A DNA stretch of 45,834 nt. Origin: Azolla caroliniana (Eukaryota; Plantae; Polypodiophyta). The notes under the pieces are model-generated. The model searched no databases and had not been told where the DNA came from. It saw only the letters and a list, made by a program, of their open reading frames with translations. Location of the stretch: the NCBI GenBank assembly GCA_043228905.1, contig JBHGNT010000243.1, forward strand, positions 1 through 45,834, written 5' to 3'. Positions 12,390 to 24,490 of the stretch are shown piece after piece; position 1 is the stretch's first letter, and every line of letters begins with the position of its first letter. Position numbers and translations under genes: made by a program.

Positions 12390-15300
12390 CTACTTTCCTC
12401 CTCGCTTGGCTGCACCTGTTCTCTTTGCCTTGATAAACTTCCTACCACTCCTCTCTCCTCCACCAGTGGCACCCAATGCAAACCCTCCTGCAAAATCAGC
12501 CCCAGGCTGAGAAACAGCACCTACCGAGAAAGGGTTTTGGGTTGGCATTCCAGGTTGTCCTCCGAATGCAAAAGAAGGCTGCTGAGGAGCAGCATTAGTA
12601 CTCTGGCCTCCAAAGGTGAATTGAGATGGTGGTGTGGGTTGTGCTTGTCCAAAAGAACCCATAGCTGGTGGTTGTGTCGATCCGAAGGTAGGCTGAGTTG
12701 AACCAAACATAGGCTGAGCTGCTGGCTGAGCTGATCCAAATGTTGGCTGTGCTGCTAACTGAGAAGATCCAAATGTCGACTGAGCTGCTGGCTGAGATGA
12801 TCCAAACGTCGGCTGAGTTGCCACCTGAGACGAACCAAATGTTGGCTGCGATGACCCGAAGGTTGGCTGTTGTGTTGATCCACCAAACATTGGATTGGCC
12901 GATGACTGCCCAACTCCAAATGGGTTGGCCCCAAATGTTGGTGGATTCGGAGTCGGATTTGACCCGAAAGTGAAAGCATTTGACGATGAGCTCGGAATGG
13001 TATTAGTAGACCCAAATGGGATGGCATTATTTGAACCAAAAACTGAAGATGGAGAAGGTGATGATGTGGTCGCTGTGCTTCCAAATGAAAATGTGGAAGA
13101 TGAGGCAAAAGAGAAAGTGGATTGGCTTGACGCTGCCATTGGAGATGCAGCTGCTGGGGCAGAAGCTCCAAAAGAGAAAACAGATGCTGTTGCAGTAGAT
13201 GAAACATTTGTAGACCCAAAAGAAAAAGTAGTTGAGGGTCCTGAGGCTGAAGTTGTACTAGTAGATGGAGCAAACTGAAAGGGAATTGAGCCAGAAGCTC
13301 CAGATGGAGGAGCAAAAGGATTGGGAGCTGAGTTAGATACCACAGTTGAACTACCCGTAGAAGGGTTGCTTTGCGCAGAACCAAATGTAAATGATTGTGC
13401 TATTGATGCAGAACTAGAGGCTTGTGAAGCATTAACATTAGAACCCCCAAACAAGAATGGAGTTGCAGGTGATCCAATCGAAGGTGATGTCGATGATGAT
13501 GATACAAAGCCAAATGCAGAAGACGTTGAAGCAGCAGAGCTACTAAAAAGATTGGATGAAGATGGTGTTGTGGATGCTCCAAACTGGAAAGGAGTTGAGC
13601 AGGTTGTTAGGCTCGATGATCCTGATGAGTTGCTGGTAAAAAGCCCGGATGATGAAGAAGAAGATGATCCAAATACGAAAGTGCTGGAACTTGATGCAGA
13701 AAATGAATCTAATAGAGGATTTGACGATGCCATAGATACTTGACTAGGAGAAGAACTGGTCTGGCCTCCAAATGCAAACACGGGAGCAGATAATGATGAC
13801 ATTGATGATGAAGATGATGTAGCAGCTGTAAAAGAGAAAGCAGATGATGATGACATTGGACTTCCAGCAAAGGAAAACGCGCTTGCTGTGGATGAAACTG
13901 GCATAAATCCAGATGGAATTGCAGCAATGGGTGGACCAGTCTCTTCTGCCATAGCATCTGTTGCCATTGTGTCCAATTCAGAAACCTTTTCAGGAATTGG
14001 ACTTTCAGGTGTCATCAAAAATCCATTCTGCACTTCAGAGATTTCCTGAATACCCTGAGCAATTTTCACACGTTCTGGCACAGGTATAAGTGGGGCGGAT
14101 GCAATAATATCAACACTATCAAGTAGCACAGGCTCTGATACTGTAGTGACCAATGATTGAGTTTGAAATATGGGCTCAAAAGGCGGTAATGGAGATGATA
14201 TTGGAACTTTGAAGTCAGAATCCGTTGATGATACACTTACGAGAGTAGAAACTGATGCAGATGCCGACGGCAAGGATATCACTTCCCCTTGTGTTGCAAT
14301 CATCGATGGTCCTGCTGATAATGCTGCATTCCCATTTCCCACTGGTAATGGCCTAATGGTAGCAGATGTTGCTGTGCTGAGTGGATTCAAAAGAGCTGAA
14401 GGTGGTTTTTCATCCATTGACGGCAATTCCCATTGTCTGGGGGAGGAGACATTGATAGGAATACTTTCTGATTTTACTTTTGTGATGTTTGATTGCATAA
14501 GAAAAGGCCCAATGCTGTTTGAAGTGGGCACAGAAACCTCGTTTGCAGGAGGAGGAACAGAAGCCATGGATGTGAAAGATGGCTTTACACTTGCAGGTTC
14601 CTTTGCATTGTTGAGAGGTTCCACATCCAATTTATATTCCTCATCGGAAATAGACTCCTATGTAGAGATAAAACATCAAGGTAAAACAATCGCTATCATA
14701 CATCAACAAAAAACATTCATTTGGAATCTTCTATCAACTTACCTCAAACATCGCACTCATCCTGAAGCCTTTGGGCCTTCCAACTGGTATCGCAGAAATT
14801 GGGGGTTGAGACTCAATAACAGGGTACTGAGGAGTTTCCAAATTGGTTGAACTTGGGCCTACCTTCTCCCCATTCAAACTTGGTTCTGGAGATTTAGAAT
14901 TTGTAACCTTGCTTGGGCTTCTCCTCCAACTTTGCTCCCCATCTTTTGATGTTTCAGGGATTTGTCGCTCGTCTGGAGACTTTATTGCCATATTCTCATC
15001 CAAGCTCTTGCCTTTGGCAGAAAGAGAAAGTCGCTTGCTAGGAGGAGACCTCTCAGTCAGAGCTTTAGGTTTTGGTGACGGTGAGAACTTATCCAGTGTC
15101 TCTAAAATCTTTAGGGCTGTTTCACTTGACTTTGGCATCAGGGAAGTGGTCTTCTTCTGGGTCAATGCACTCAAACCACCAATTTGCCTTGAATAGAGAT
15201 ATGGACTCGCTGGAAGAATCGAAGTCTTTTGACGCACTCTCCTCACAGGGCCTACTGAAGGTAAGTCCTCTTCAAGAGCAAAACTTCTTTTAAGCATTCG

Positions 15301-17302
15301 GATAGTGCCAGAACTCCGGGCTGAGGTCTTTGGGGATGAAGTATATCGATCTTCCAAAATCCTCCGCTGAGCAGAAGACTGCACTGGAAGAGGAGTATGC
15401 AAAGATGAAGTGGCTATTCCAACAGGTCTGGCACCTTGGTCTTCCATATAAGCTCGAGCAACTTGAATTGGAGTTGAACTCTCTGTCTCATTCTTGGGTA
15501 GTTCCAAAAATCCTTTCACATTTGGGGTCACATAGCTATTTGTATTTGGCTTTGCACAACTATTTTCACTCAACCGGCTCTGGAGGATCTCAGTCAATCG
15601 ATTCACTTGGTCCCTGAAAGTCAGCAATAAAGATACAATCAGATCTCAACCTTAATTTCCCTTCTCCATGGCTCAGAAGCCTTAGCCAGTACCTGGACCA
15701 GGTTCTCTGTTTCAAAACTTCTTCTACTTGAACAATGTCCAGTTTCCTGGTTACTCTTTCCATACCATCAAAATCTGCTAAGGCTATGCCATTTTGCTCC
15801 TGAAGAAGCCATCAAGGCGATGAGAACATAAAGACAATGACCAGAAGAATTATAAAGAAAAGTCCAAAATCACAAGAACTAGACCTACATCAATGCCATT
15901 GCAGGGAGCCTTCACTTCTTCATCATTCCCTTCACTTTGATCTATTCCAACAAAATCAAACAGAACAAGAGAATAAGTGCAAAACGAGGGTGGTCAAATC
16001 AAGCATCCTCCAACAATAAATGTAAAGCTTGGTTGAATTTAAAATAAATGGCACTTGGTCCACTCCCATTACACATGCAATAGTTCTGGCTAGTTTCTCT
16101 CTCTTACCTTTACCGATGCTACAAATTTCTTCCTCCTAACAAATTGTAGATGTAACAAATTCTTACAAGGTCTTCTCTTTAAAATTACAGATGCAACAGG
16201 TTTTTCTCTCTACTCATTTCGAGATGCAGTAAGTTCTAACAATTTTTTATGCAACAAGTTTCTGGATAGTTTCTCTATACATTCCAGATGAGTTTTTACA
16301 AGTTTCTGATTCAACAAGTTATGTATAGTTTCAAATGTGACAACCTCTTGTAAGTTTCTTTCTCTCATGATACAGATGCATTGTTAATTTCTCTCATTCT
16401 CTCCACCTACAGTTCAACAAGCTTTTGCTAGTTTCCTGATTCTTATGTTACATATGTAACAAGTCCATGATAATTGCTGATGCAACCATTTTCTCCCTTT
16501 TTATTGTTACTCCTAATTACTAATGGTTCCACCATTGTATTTAAACATGTCTTCAGTACAAACGATTACTTCAGTCTACTAATCTAACAACCAAACTGTT
16601 GGCACTCTGTCTTTCTAACAAGTTCCTAAGCTTTTTGACTTCTCTGCATCTGGAGAAAGTACTTACTAGTTCCAAAGAAAATACAGAAAACGAGAGAGAG
16701 AGGAAAGAAAATATTTCCGCACCTTTCTGAGAATCTCCTTTAGATCTTAGGGCGAGAGGACGGCGCTTGAAGAGAGACGCGAAGAGATAAGAAGCAGAGG
16801 ACGTGATGAGACGAGAGGCAGAATCTCTAATCTTCGAAGCAATACTAGAGCCACCAGAAGAAGCAGATGGAATGGATGCAGATCCACCTGCAGTAGCATG
16901 GCGACCTGTTGGAGGTCTTTCATAAGGAGTTTTCTTCGTCTGTTTCTTTGCAGATCTGAGTTTTCCTCCTGTTCCTCCTGCTCCTCCACCTCCATAGCCT
17001 CCTCCTCCTTCTCCATATCCATATTCTGCGGTCCTTCCAAAGCTAGGAGATCTCTCAGGCCTCGAAGAAAACGCAGAATTCTCGACCGGTCGAAGCCCTG
17101 CGTCTCTCGCTGGGGTCTGGAATCCGGGAAACGGCGTTTCTGACAGAGAAACGCTCGCGTTTCGATGATGATGGCTATGGGGATGAAGATTTGTTGGAAG
17201 GGGACTGGGAGGAGGAGTTCCTGATCGGATCTGAGCATACCTGGGCCCGTTTGAAGAAGGGCGAGGAGAAGATTCTGAGAGGAAGTAAGGAGAAGAAGCC
17301 AT
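12390..17302 (-). CDS. NUP1: Nuclear pore complex protein NUP1/NUP136 (Nup153-like FG nucleoporin), 5 exons, about 1292 aa
   Basis: Exons 17302-16723, 15941-15889, 15799-15693, 15613-14743 and 14657-12390; all introns GT-AG and phases close (3879 nt). Plant NUP1 motifs GTGGKLR...KTPYERPP, QRTWSRDQVNRLTEILQSR, SVGPVRRVRQK, SSETALKILETLDK, GFRMSA; FG-rich C-terminus ending RKFIKAKR. Confidence 0.92.
16070..16500. repeat. Degenerate tandem repeat in NUP1 intron 1
   Basis: Recurring (aca)gatgcaacaagtttct / tagtttctct-like units at roughly 30-45 bp spacing. Confidence 0.55.
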
Positions 17303-17354
17303 GGCGGAGCTCCGGTGCACAGAGCATGAAGAGAGAGCAGAGAGAGCAGAGACG

Positions 17355-17363
17355 AAACCCTAA
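17355..17363. promoter_or_regulatory. Telo-box (AAACCCTAA) in the NUP1 5' region
   Basis: Exact AAACCCTAA about 55 bp upstream of the ATG; a common plant housekeeping promoter/5'UTR element. Confidence 0.45.
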
Positions 17364-17439
17364 ACAGGCAATGAAGGATGAGGAATAGAGAAAAGTACGT
17401 ATGTTTTGTACCGTATATACGCAGGCCTATACGGAGGCA

Positions 17440-17672
17440 AATACATACATATATACACACACATATTTACATTAACATACATATACTGTTATACACAAAC
17501 ATACATGCATAAATATACATATATAAAAATATATGTATGTATGTATGTATGTATATCTATGTATATCTATGCATACATTCGGTCACTAATTCGGACAACC
17601 TATACCATGTCTTCGATCATGTTCCCACTGCAATGTGTGTGTGTGTCTGTGCGTCTGTGTGTGTGTGTATGT
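17440..17672. repeat. Low-complexity (TA/CA/TG)n and (TATG)n microsatellite region
   Basis: Seen directly in the sequence. Confidence 0.85.
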
Positions 17673-18432
17673 AGACCTATTACATCCATGCTTGTATTGC
17701 AACTTCATGTCTTCACCTTCGTGAATTTGACATAATACATCGATATGTGTTTGTTCATTCGTATGTGTATTGTCGCATATTTAAAGATCGAAACAAATGT
17801 ATGTTCTTGGGTGTAAACTACGACATGTGAGTCTACACTGTATGCGTGAATGCCTCGAGCATAACCAAGTGCACATGCAATTAACTGAGTGTGTATCAAG
17901 TGTGGATACATATCTACACTACAATGCTTGTTTGTTAAAAAAACGGGTGATAATGCTGACAATTGGCTTTTGGTAAAATGCGTAGATGTTGTATCCATAC
18001 ATACATTGGTGTATTTCAATAGCGTAAATTCACAACAATGTATTTTAATGACATAGATCCATACATACATGTAGCTTGGCACAAGTTGATGATGCACATG
18101 TATGCATACAATTGAGCATCAAATTTGAAACGTGCGCCTTTGACAGTATCACAATAAGTATTGCATTGCTCTAGGTAAGTGATGTATTATTATAACAAAA
18201 ATGCATGAATTTGTGTGTATGCAGACATACATACATATAGAACGGCACATTGCAATAAAACCCTATTTTGAAAGATATTAGAGGTATCATGAGGTAAATT
18301 AAGAGTGGCCCTTTTGTTTTGAGAACCTGAATGAGAAAAGGGATATTGTGTTTTGTTTTAGTATATATATAATAAATTTACATTTGGGTGTAACCATATT
18401 GCATCAAAATTTATGCATATGCTGCATTAGAA

Positions 18433-19610
18433 TTTTATTTTTTTTCAAAAAAAAAACCTACTTCCATTAGTTAAGGCAATGTACATATGATAATATACAA
18501 CTCATATCTTACAAGCCAACTTGCATGTCGAAAAGAAAATAACATGTGTAAAGGAAACAACAAAAAAACTCCAAAACACCACATCATTCGATAAGCATAT
18601 CATTACTCGACCGCATACCCTCCACGTGAGCCTCATACAACCCGAATTTAGCATAGACATCCTCCAATCTCTTCTTGTGGCAGCACCCTTTCTATATGTT
18701 AGGTACACTCGGAGGGAACAACCACCGTGGTGGTTGATAATTCCACTTCACTTTACCATCCACCATCTGTAGCATCAGAGAACATCTCCATTTAAGAAGG
18801 AACTGAGCTCTAGCTTCTTCACTTGCGTTCGAGGGCCCTTTAAGGCTTTCAAACTCTCCTCGTAACGTAGAAATAAGATTAAACCAGATCATCATTAAAC
18901 TCTTTGTCGGTGGGGTTTGCTTACCTGAGAAAGTCTCCTTGCACCTAGATACCCACACTTGCCAAACTGTAAGGCCGACCACTAATAACCATATGTCCAC
19001 GTATCGTTCCTGTATGTAGAATGAACCTCCTTGCGCTGAAGGTTGTACAATTCCTTGCATCACCTTTAAAGAATGACTATTTCCATTACACCCTCGAAAC
19101 CTCGCAACCAATTCAATGGCCAACCAAGCGATTGTTGAGCTCGATACATGAACATCAACCCCAAACTGAGCCAAGATTCTTAAGCTCCTCGTCCAAACTT
19201 CTTGGGTTCGTGGGCAGCTCCACAAACAATGTGTGATGTCCTCCAAGCTCACATTGCAGGCCTTGCAACTACTCATGACACCTCTTTTCCCAAGCCACTC
19301 TCCCGTTGGAACAACTCGATGGGTGATTAACCAAAAAAACACTTTGACCTGCTCGGGGAGGGATGAGTTCCATATCCTACTCCTGGTTCTATCCGCGAAG
19401 ACCGAATCGATAGCTACATGGGCCATTTGTTGGCACACTTCTCACGATGCCAACATAACTTCCTCCCCAAGCGCATCGAGTATTCGAAGAAACTTATTGA
19501 TTTATCTTGTTCTCCCTTCCACTTATATTCAGCAGGATCCCATTCTAAGCACTCGAGTGGTTTGCCTTCAACCACGTACATGATCCAGTCCTCCTCAACC
19601 TACATTTCGT
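18433..19610 (-). mobile_element. 5'-truncated L1-type LINE (zf-RVT C-terminus, 3'UTR, A-rich tail)
   Basis: ORF 18692-19438 'IWNSSLPEQVKVFFWLITHRVVPTGEWL...CKAC...EDITHCLWSC...VW' is zf-RVT; the T-run at 18433-18445 fits a minus-strand poly(A). Confidence 0.85.
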
Positions 19611-20004
19611 AAACTACTGTGATATACAATTTTATTGCGCTTTATTTATCTTGATTTCTAACCATTACATATAGTTGATCAACACTTTGTGTTCTTAGTT
19701 AAGAACTAATGCATCTATGAGTAAAGTGAATAAACGACCCTTGTTTTTGACAATTAATGTTAGTTGTTTTGTTTATTAGTCGCCTTTTACTCTCCTACTT
19801 ATATCTACAGTATACACAATTATTCTTACTTTTATATAATGTGAATAAAATGATATTGTTCATACTAGCACATGGGATTGATGTTATCCCTTAAAGAGAT
19901 GCATGTTTGAAAATTTTCTAGAATTACATGAAGGGATCGTTGGCTAGCCAAAAAATTTAGGTATCTAAAAACTCAACATGTAGTTGATTGTTTGGCATAA
20001 TCCT

Positions 20005-20383
20005 TGTAAAACGTGACGTGCGGAAGCTATATGACACACATAATACCAACAGGAGAAAAAACAAGTTTAATGGAGAGCTTAAGACACGATGTATGCGGGA
20101 GAGACAAAGAGGGAAAATAACACACAGAAGAAACTGAAAAAAATAATGTGTAAAACTCTGTACATAGGATGTGCTCAGGGAGCACTTTTATACAAGTCCA
20201 TATGGACTGACAAAAGTATTGACACGTACTTTAATGCTCATAACTGAGCTCCTAAACTAACTCCGAAATATATTCCCTCGTGGAATATCTATTCAACGTC
20301 CTCCCGAATTCCGCACCGAATGGCCTCTTGTTGTGCACTAGTTTACGCACCAATCCAGCCAATGTTGAGCTTGTATCTCAACA
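20005..20383 (-). repeat. 3' LTR
   Basis: 379 bp, adjacent to the PPT, direct repeat of 26426-26805. Confidence 0.95.
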
Positions 20384-22654
20384 CTCCCCCTCAAGCTCAA
20401 CTTGAGGCTCTTCCGGTCCTTCGCTCTAGTTTCTCTTGACTTCACGCCTCGCTCGCGCTCCTCGACTCGTTCAATTCCACGCGCCTCGACTCTTACAGTC
20501 GGCTTGTCTGTTCATGCGGCCTTTTCCAGCTCCCTTGCTGTCACGGGGTTGGCGCCTCTTCTGTTGCCCTTTATTCCGCCTAGCCTTCAGTTGATTCGAC
20601 ATCTCCGAATCAAACATCAGAGCCGAATCGGCTGCCTCCGATTCGTCTCTATTTTTGTCCAAATTGGTTGTCTCCAATTCGTCCTCAATCTTGTTGGCTT
20701 CATCTCCCCCATGTTTGGCTGGCTCCGGCTCTTTCTTTCGATTGCTGCCCTCTCATCCGCTTCCAGACTCTTCCGTGGATCCGCCTTTGGCTTCTTCAGC
20801 CGACACTAAATCGAATTTGTCACCCGATTTGATGTTGTGGTCACTTCCGCTCCTTTCCTACTCCTTTCCTTGGTCTTGCGGGAATTTTCTCCCCCTCAAG
20901 TTCGGCACATCGAGGTGCCGCAACCCAAGCGCACTCAAGAATTGCCGCAACTTGTCCAGACCAAGGGGCTTGGTGAAAATGTCGAGAGTCTGTCGATCCG
21001 TCGAAACATACTAAAGTTCAACTTCACCAAAGAGGACACGCTCACGGACAAAGTGGTAGTGCACCTCAATGTGCTTAGTCCGGGCGTGGAAGACGGGGTT
21101 CTTTGCAAGTTGGATGTTGCTGAGGTTGTCGTAATAGATCATCGTCGGACCAGACACCTCCACCTACAGGTCCTAAAGTAGCCGCTTCAGCCATATGGCT
21201 TCACATGTCACGACAGCCGCTCCTCAATACTCAACCTCTGTGCTCGACAGTGCAACTGTCGGTTGCTTCTTGCTACTCCACGCGATCGCGACACTCCTAA
21301 GGGAGAACGTGAATCTAGATGTGGATCGGCGATCGCCAACATTTCCGGCCTAGTCAGCATCTGTATAGCCAACTAGCTACGTGGCAGTACAAGTCCGATA
21401 TAGTAGCCCCTGGTCCTTAGTGCCAATAACATACCTGAGTACGCGTTACGCGCACTGAAGGTGCTCCTCGGTTGGTCGCGCCATGTACTGATTAATCAAG
21501 CCAACCAGGTAACTGAGGTCCAACCGGGTGATAGTCAAGTATATGTGGCTTCCAACAATCTGTCAAAACCTTTTCGGGTCATAGACCTTTTCGGAGTCGG
21601 GGCGAAGCTTCACGGTTTTGTCTAGAGGAGTTGAGACAGACTTACAGTCTGCCATCACGAACTTGAAGAGCATACTCAACATGTAATGTCGTTGGTTGAT
21701 CAGTATGCCTTCGGGGGTTTGGATCCCTTCGATGCCGAGGAAGTAATGAAGGTCCCCCAAGTCCTTCATATCAAATGATGTCGCAAGCTAGAGCTTTACG
21801 TGGTCAATTTCACCTAGGTCGACGCCGGCGATGACCAAGTCATCAACATAAAGTAAAATACTAACCGGCCCAAGTTGACCTTGCCGGACAAACAATGAAG
21901 AGTCTGATTTGGACGTCGCAAATCCCATCTGACGCAATTGCTACGTGATCTTCGCGTTCTAGGCACGCGGGGTTTACTTTAGTCCGTAAAAGGACTTCTT
22001 CAACCGGCATACCGCCGAAGTGTTCGTTCCGGAGTGAAATCCGGGGGGTTATACCATGTACACTTGTTCCTCAAGATCACCTTGCAAGAACGCATTCTTT
22101 ACATCCATCTTATGTAAGTGCCACCCCTTTGCTGCAGCTACCGCAAGCAAAACACGGATGACCATTATCTTCAACGACCGGCGCAAACGTCTCATCGTGA
22201 TCGATGTCATCTTGTTGTGCGTAGCCTTTTGCTACTAACCGGGCCTTGTATTGGTTGACCGAGCCGTCGGTGTTGTACTTGATCTTGTACACCCACCTAC
22301 ATCCAATCGGCTTTACACCCTTGGGGGCGTCAACCATGTCCCAGGTTTCATTCTCTACAAGTGCGTTCATCTCTTCCTCCATGGCGGCACGCCAATTTGC
22401 GTCCTTTACCGCTTTTGTGTAGCTCTCCAGCTCACGCACTTCTGCTACACGTGTCATGTACGCATAGTGATGCGCCATGTACTCGTTGTATCTGAACCGC
22501 ACAATAGGGTTCTTCTGGCGGGTAGATCGACGTAATTGCTCATTAGCCGATGTTGAGGCCGTTCTGGCCGATGCGGCCTTCGCTCTTGAAGGCCCGGTGT
22601 CGTGAAGAATGTGCTTCACGATATAAAAATGAGCTTAAATGTTGTATTTAATAA

Positions 22655-22722
22655 TATTTGAGAGACTTGAACCCACATCCTTATAAACGATATACAATGT
22701 ACATACCACTAGGCTAGGCTAT
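22655..22722 (-). other. tRNA-like Pol III cassette (A box plus B box), not a functional tRNA
   Basis: A box TAGCCTAGTGG (22716-22706) and B box GGTTCAAGTC (22673-22664) at tRNA-like spacing; T5 at 22629-22625. No acceptor stem seen. Confidence 0.6.
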
Positions 22723-23009
22723 TTATTTGTAAAAGTGTGTAATAAATGTGCTTCATGATATAAGAATGAAGCTATATATTATTTTCATCATTATAATTAT
22801 CTCATATCTATTTTCATACATAGCCATCATTCATCACATGCAATGCATGTGCGCCAAATGGCGATCATGCATTACATGTAACTCATGCATTGCATGCATG
22901 CCATGCTCCCATACATTACCATATGCATGGAAATACTTATAAAAAGAGGGGAAAGGAAAACAAAAAGGAAGGAATCAAGAGAGAGTGAGAAAATAATACA
23001 ATCAATTGA

Positions 23010-23080
23010 AGAAGACTAGCTCATTGGGTGGAGAACCTCTCGTTTCGAAGTTGAGGTCGTGGGTTCAAATCAAGGGTCGA
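23010..23080 (+). other. tRNA-like Pol III cassette (A box plus B box), not a functional tRNA
   Basis: A box TAGCTCATTGG (23017-23027); GAGGTCGTGGGTTCAAATC variable-loop/T-arm-like segment with B box at 23062-23071. Confidence 0.65.
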
Positions 23081-24110
23081 TAGAGAATGTGTTCAGTTTG
23101 CGATCAAGGATTGTAAAGTTGGTAAAATATTATACTTTTAATATACATTGAATGTTTATATCATATACTCTTGTTCCTTGAATCATACTTTGTCTCAATC
23201 TTCTTTCTTGAATCATACATTGTCTCTATCTTTTATCTATGATCGTCTCTCTCTCTCACACACACACACACATTACTTGTAACTCTTCGTCTTACTATCA
23301 TTAACCATTCTATCATCACCATACAAGCCTTATTAAACTTAAGTTTCTTCAACTCCCCTTAACCTTAGTCCCCGCGACTTCGCCGCACGAACCACAACTA
23401 CCCCGACACCGTCATCACTCTTCTTAGAGTCGGATTCGCGTCGATCCGACTTGTCCCTATCCGTGTCGTACTCTAGCATCTTCTTCTTTCCCTTTTCTTT
23501 GCGTGTAAGCCATCTCTTCGGCTTCCTGCGCGGGGAATGCACGGTCGAGTCTCCACTACTCGCCAACTCTTCATCTGACTGGTTAAACCGACTCGGTCAC
23601 TCATTTGGTCCACTTAGCCGAAATGAGATCAAACTCTCTTCAAGAATTTTGACTTCGTGTTCATCAGGAGGCATCTCAGCCTCACTAACGTCATCTTCAG
23701 AATTCGAATTGAGTTGGGGTCTGGAGTCAGAGGCAAATACCAAGACGTGGACTCATCGAACACAACATTGCGACTTACGCGAGCTTGTTTGGTTTGGGGG
23801 TTATAACACTTATAACCCTTTTGTTCATCCGAGTAGCCGACCAAGATACACTTCTCGGCTTTCACGTCCAGCTTCCTCCACTTCTCCTTCAGCACATGCA
23901 CATACACGATGCTACCGAAAACCCTCAAGTGTCATAGATTCGGCTTCCTTCCGAAATACAGCTCATGTGCCGACACTTTTTCGCCGATCCGATTCTGGAT
24001 AAAGACTGCAGTTCGGACCGCTTCGGCCCAATAGAACTTGGGCATGCCCTTTTCTTCCAACATTGCTTGTGCCGCTTCCACAACCGACCGATTCTTCCTT
24101 TCAACTACGT

Positions 24111-24267
24111 TGTTTTGCTCCGACGTATACCTGCAACTGAATTCACGTTGAATTCCCATTTGTTGCAGATAACTATTGAATTGGCTGAATGTTTTGTTCC
24201 GACGTATACCTGCAACTGAATTTGCACCGAATTCCCATTTGTTGCAGATAACTATGAATTGGCCGAA
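24111..24267. repeat. 79-bp tandem duplication in integrase
   Basis: tgttttg(c/t)tccgacgtatacctgcaactgaatt... at 24111 and 24190. Confidence 0.9.
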
Positions 24268-24490
24268 AAAGTACTCTTTTCCGCCATCTGACCGCGGGCA
24301 CTTGATCTTCCTCCTTGTTTCCCTTTCGACAAGATTTTTGAGGTTCCGAAAACAGTCGAAGACTTCACTCTTCTTTTCGATGAGGTAGATCCATGTGTGA
24401 CGAGTGTAGTCGTCGATGAAGGAGACGAAATATCGACTCCCGCCAAGACTCACGTTCTATGCCTGTCCCCATACATCTGAATGTATCAAG

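Larger units (their letters stand above)
22598..23408 (+). mobile_element. Nested 811-bp solo-LTR-like insertion carrying two tRNA-like cassettes
   Basis: Ends TGTCG...CGACA; flanks ccgg/ccgt (4-bp TSD with one mismatch). Removing it restores the host frame ...SDDGPSRAK...; AT-rich relative to the host; TATA-like tataaaaag at about 22938. Confidence 0.8.

Noticed and set aside
12670-12885. CRISPR-like spaced repeats
   Set aside because: Coding FG repeats in a eukaryotic gene; no unique spacers or cas genes.
12288-15617. Many plus-strand ORFs of 60-226 aa overlapping NUP1
   Set aside because: Antisense shadows of a Ser/Ala/Pro-rich coding exon; no recognisable domains.
23010-23080. Functional tRNA gene (Arg-TCG-like)
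   Set aside because: A and B boxes are present, but acceptor and anticodon stems do not pair convincingly; treated as tRNA-derived only.
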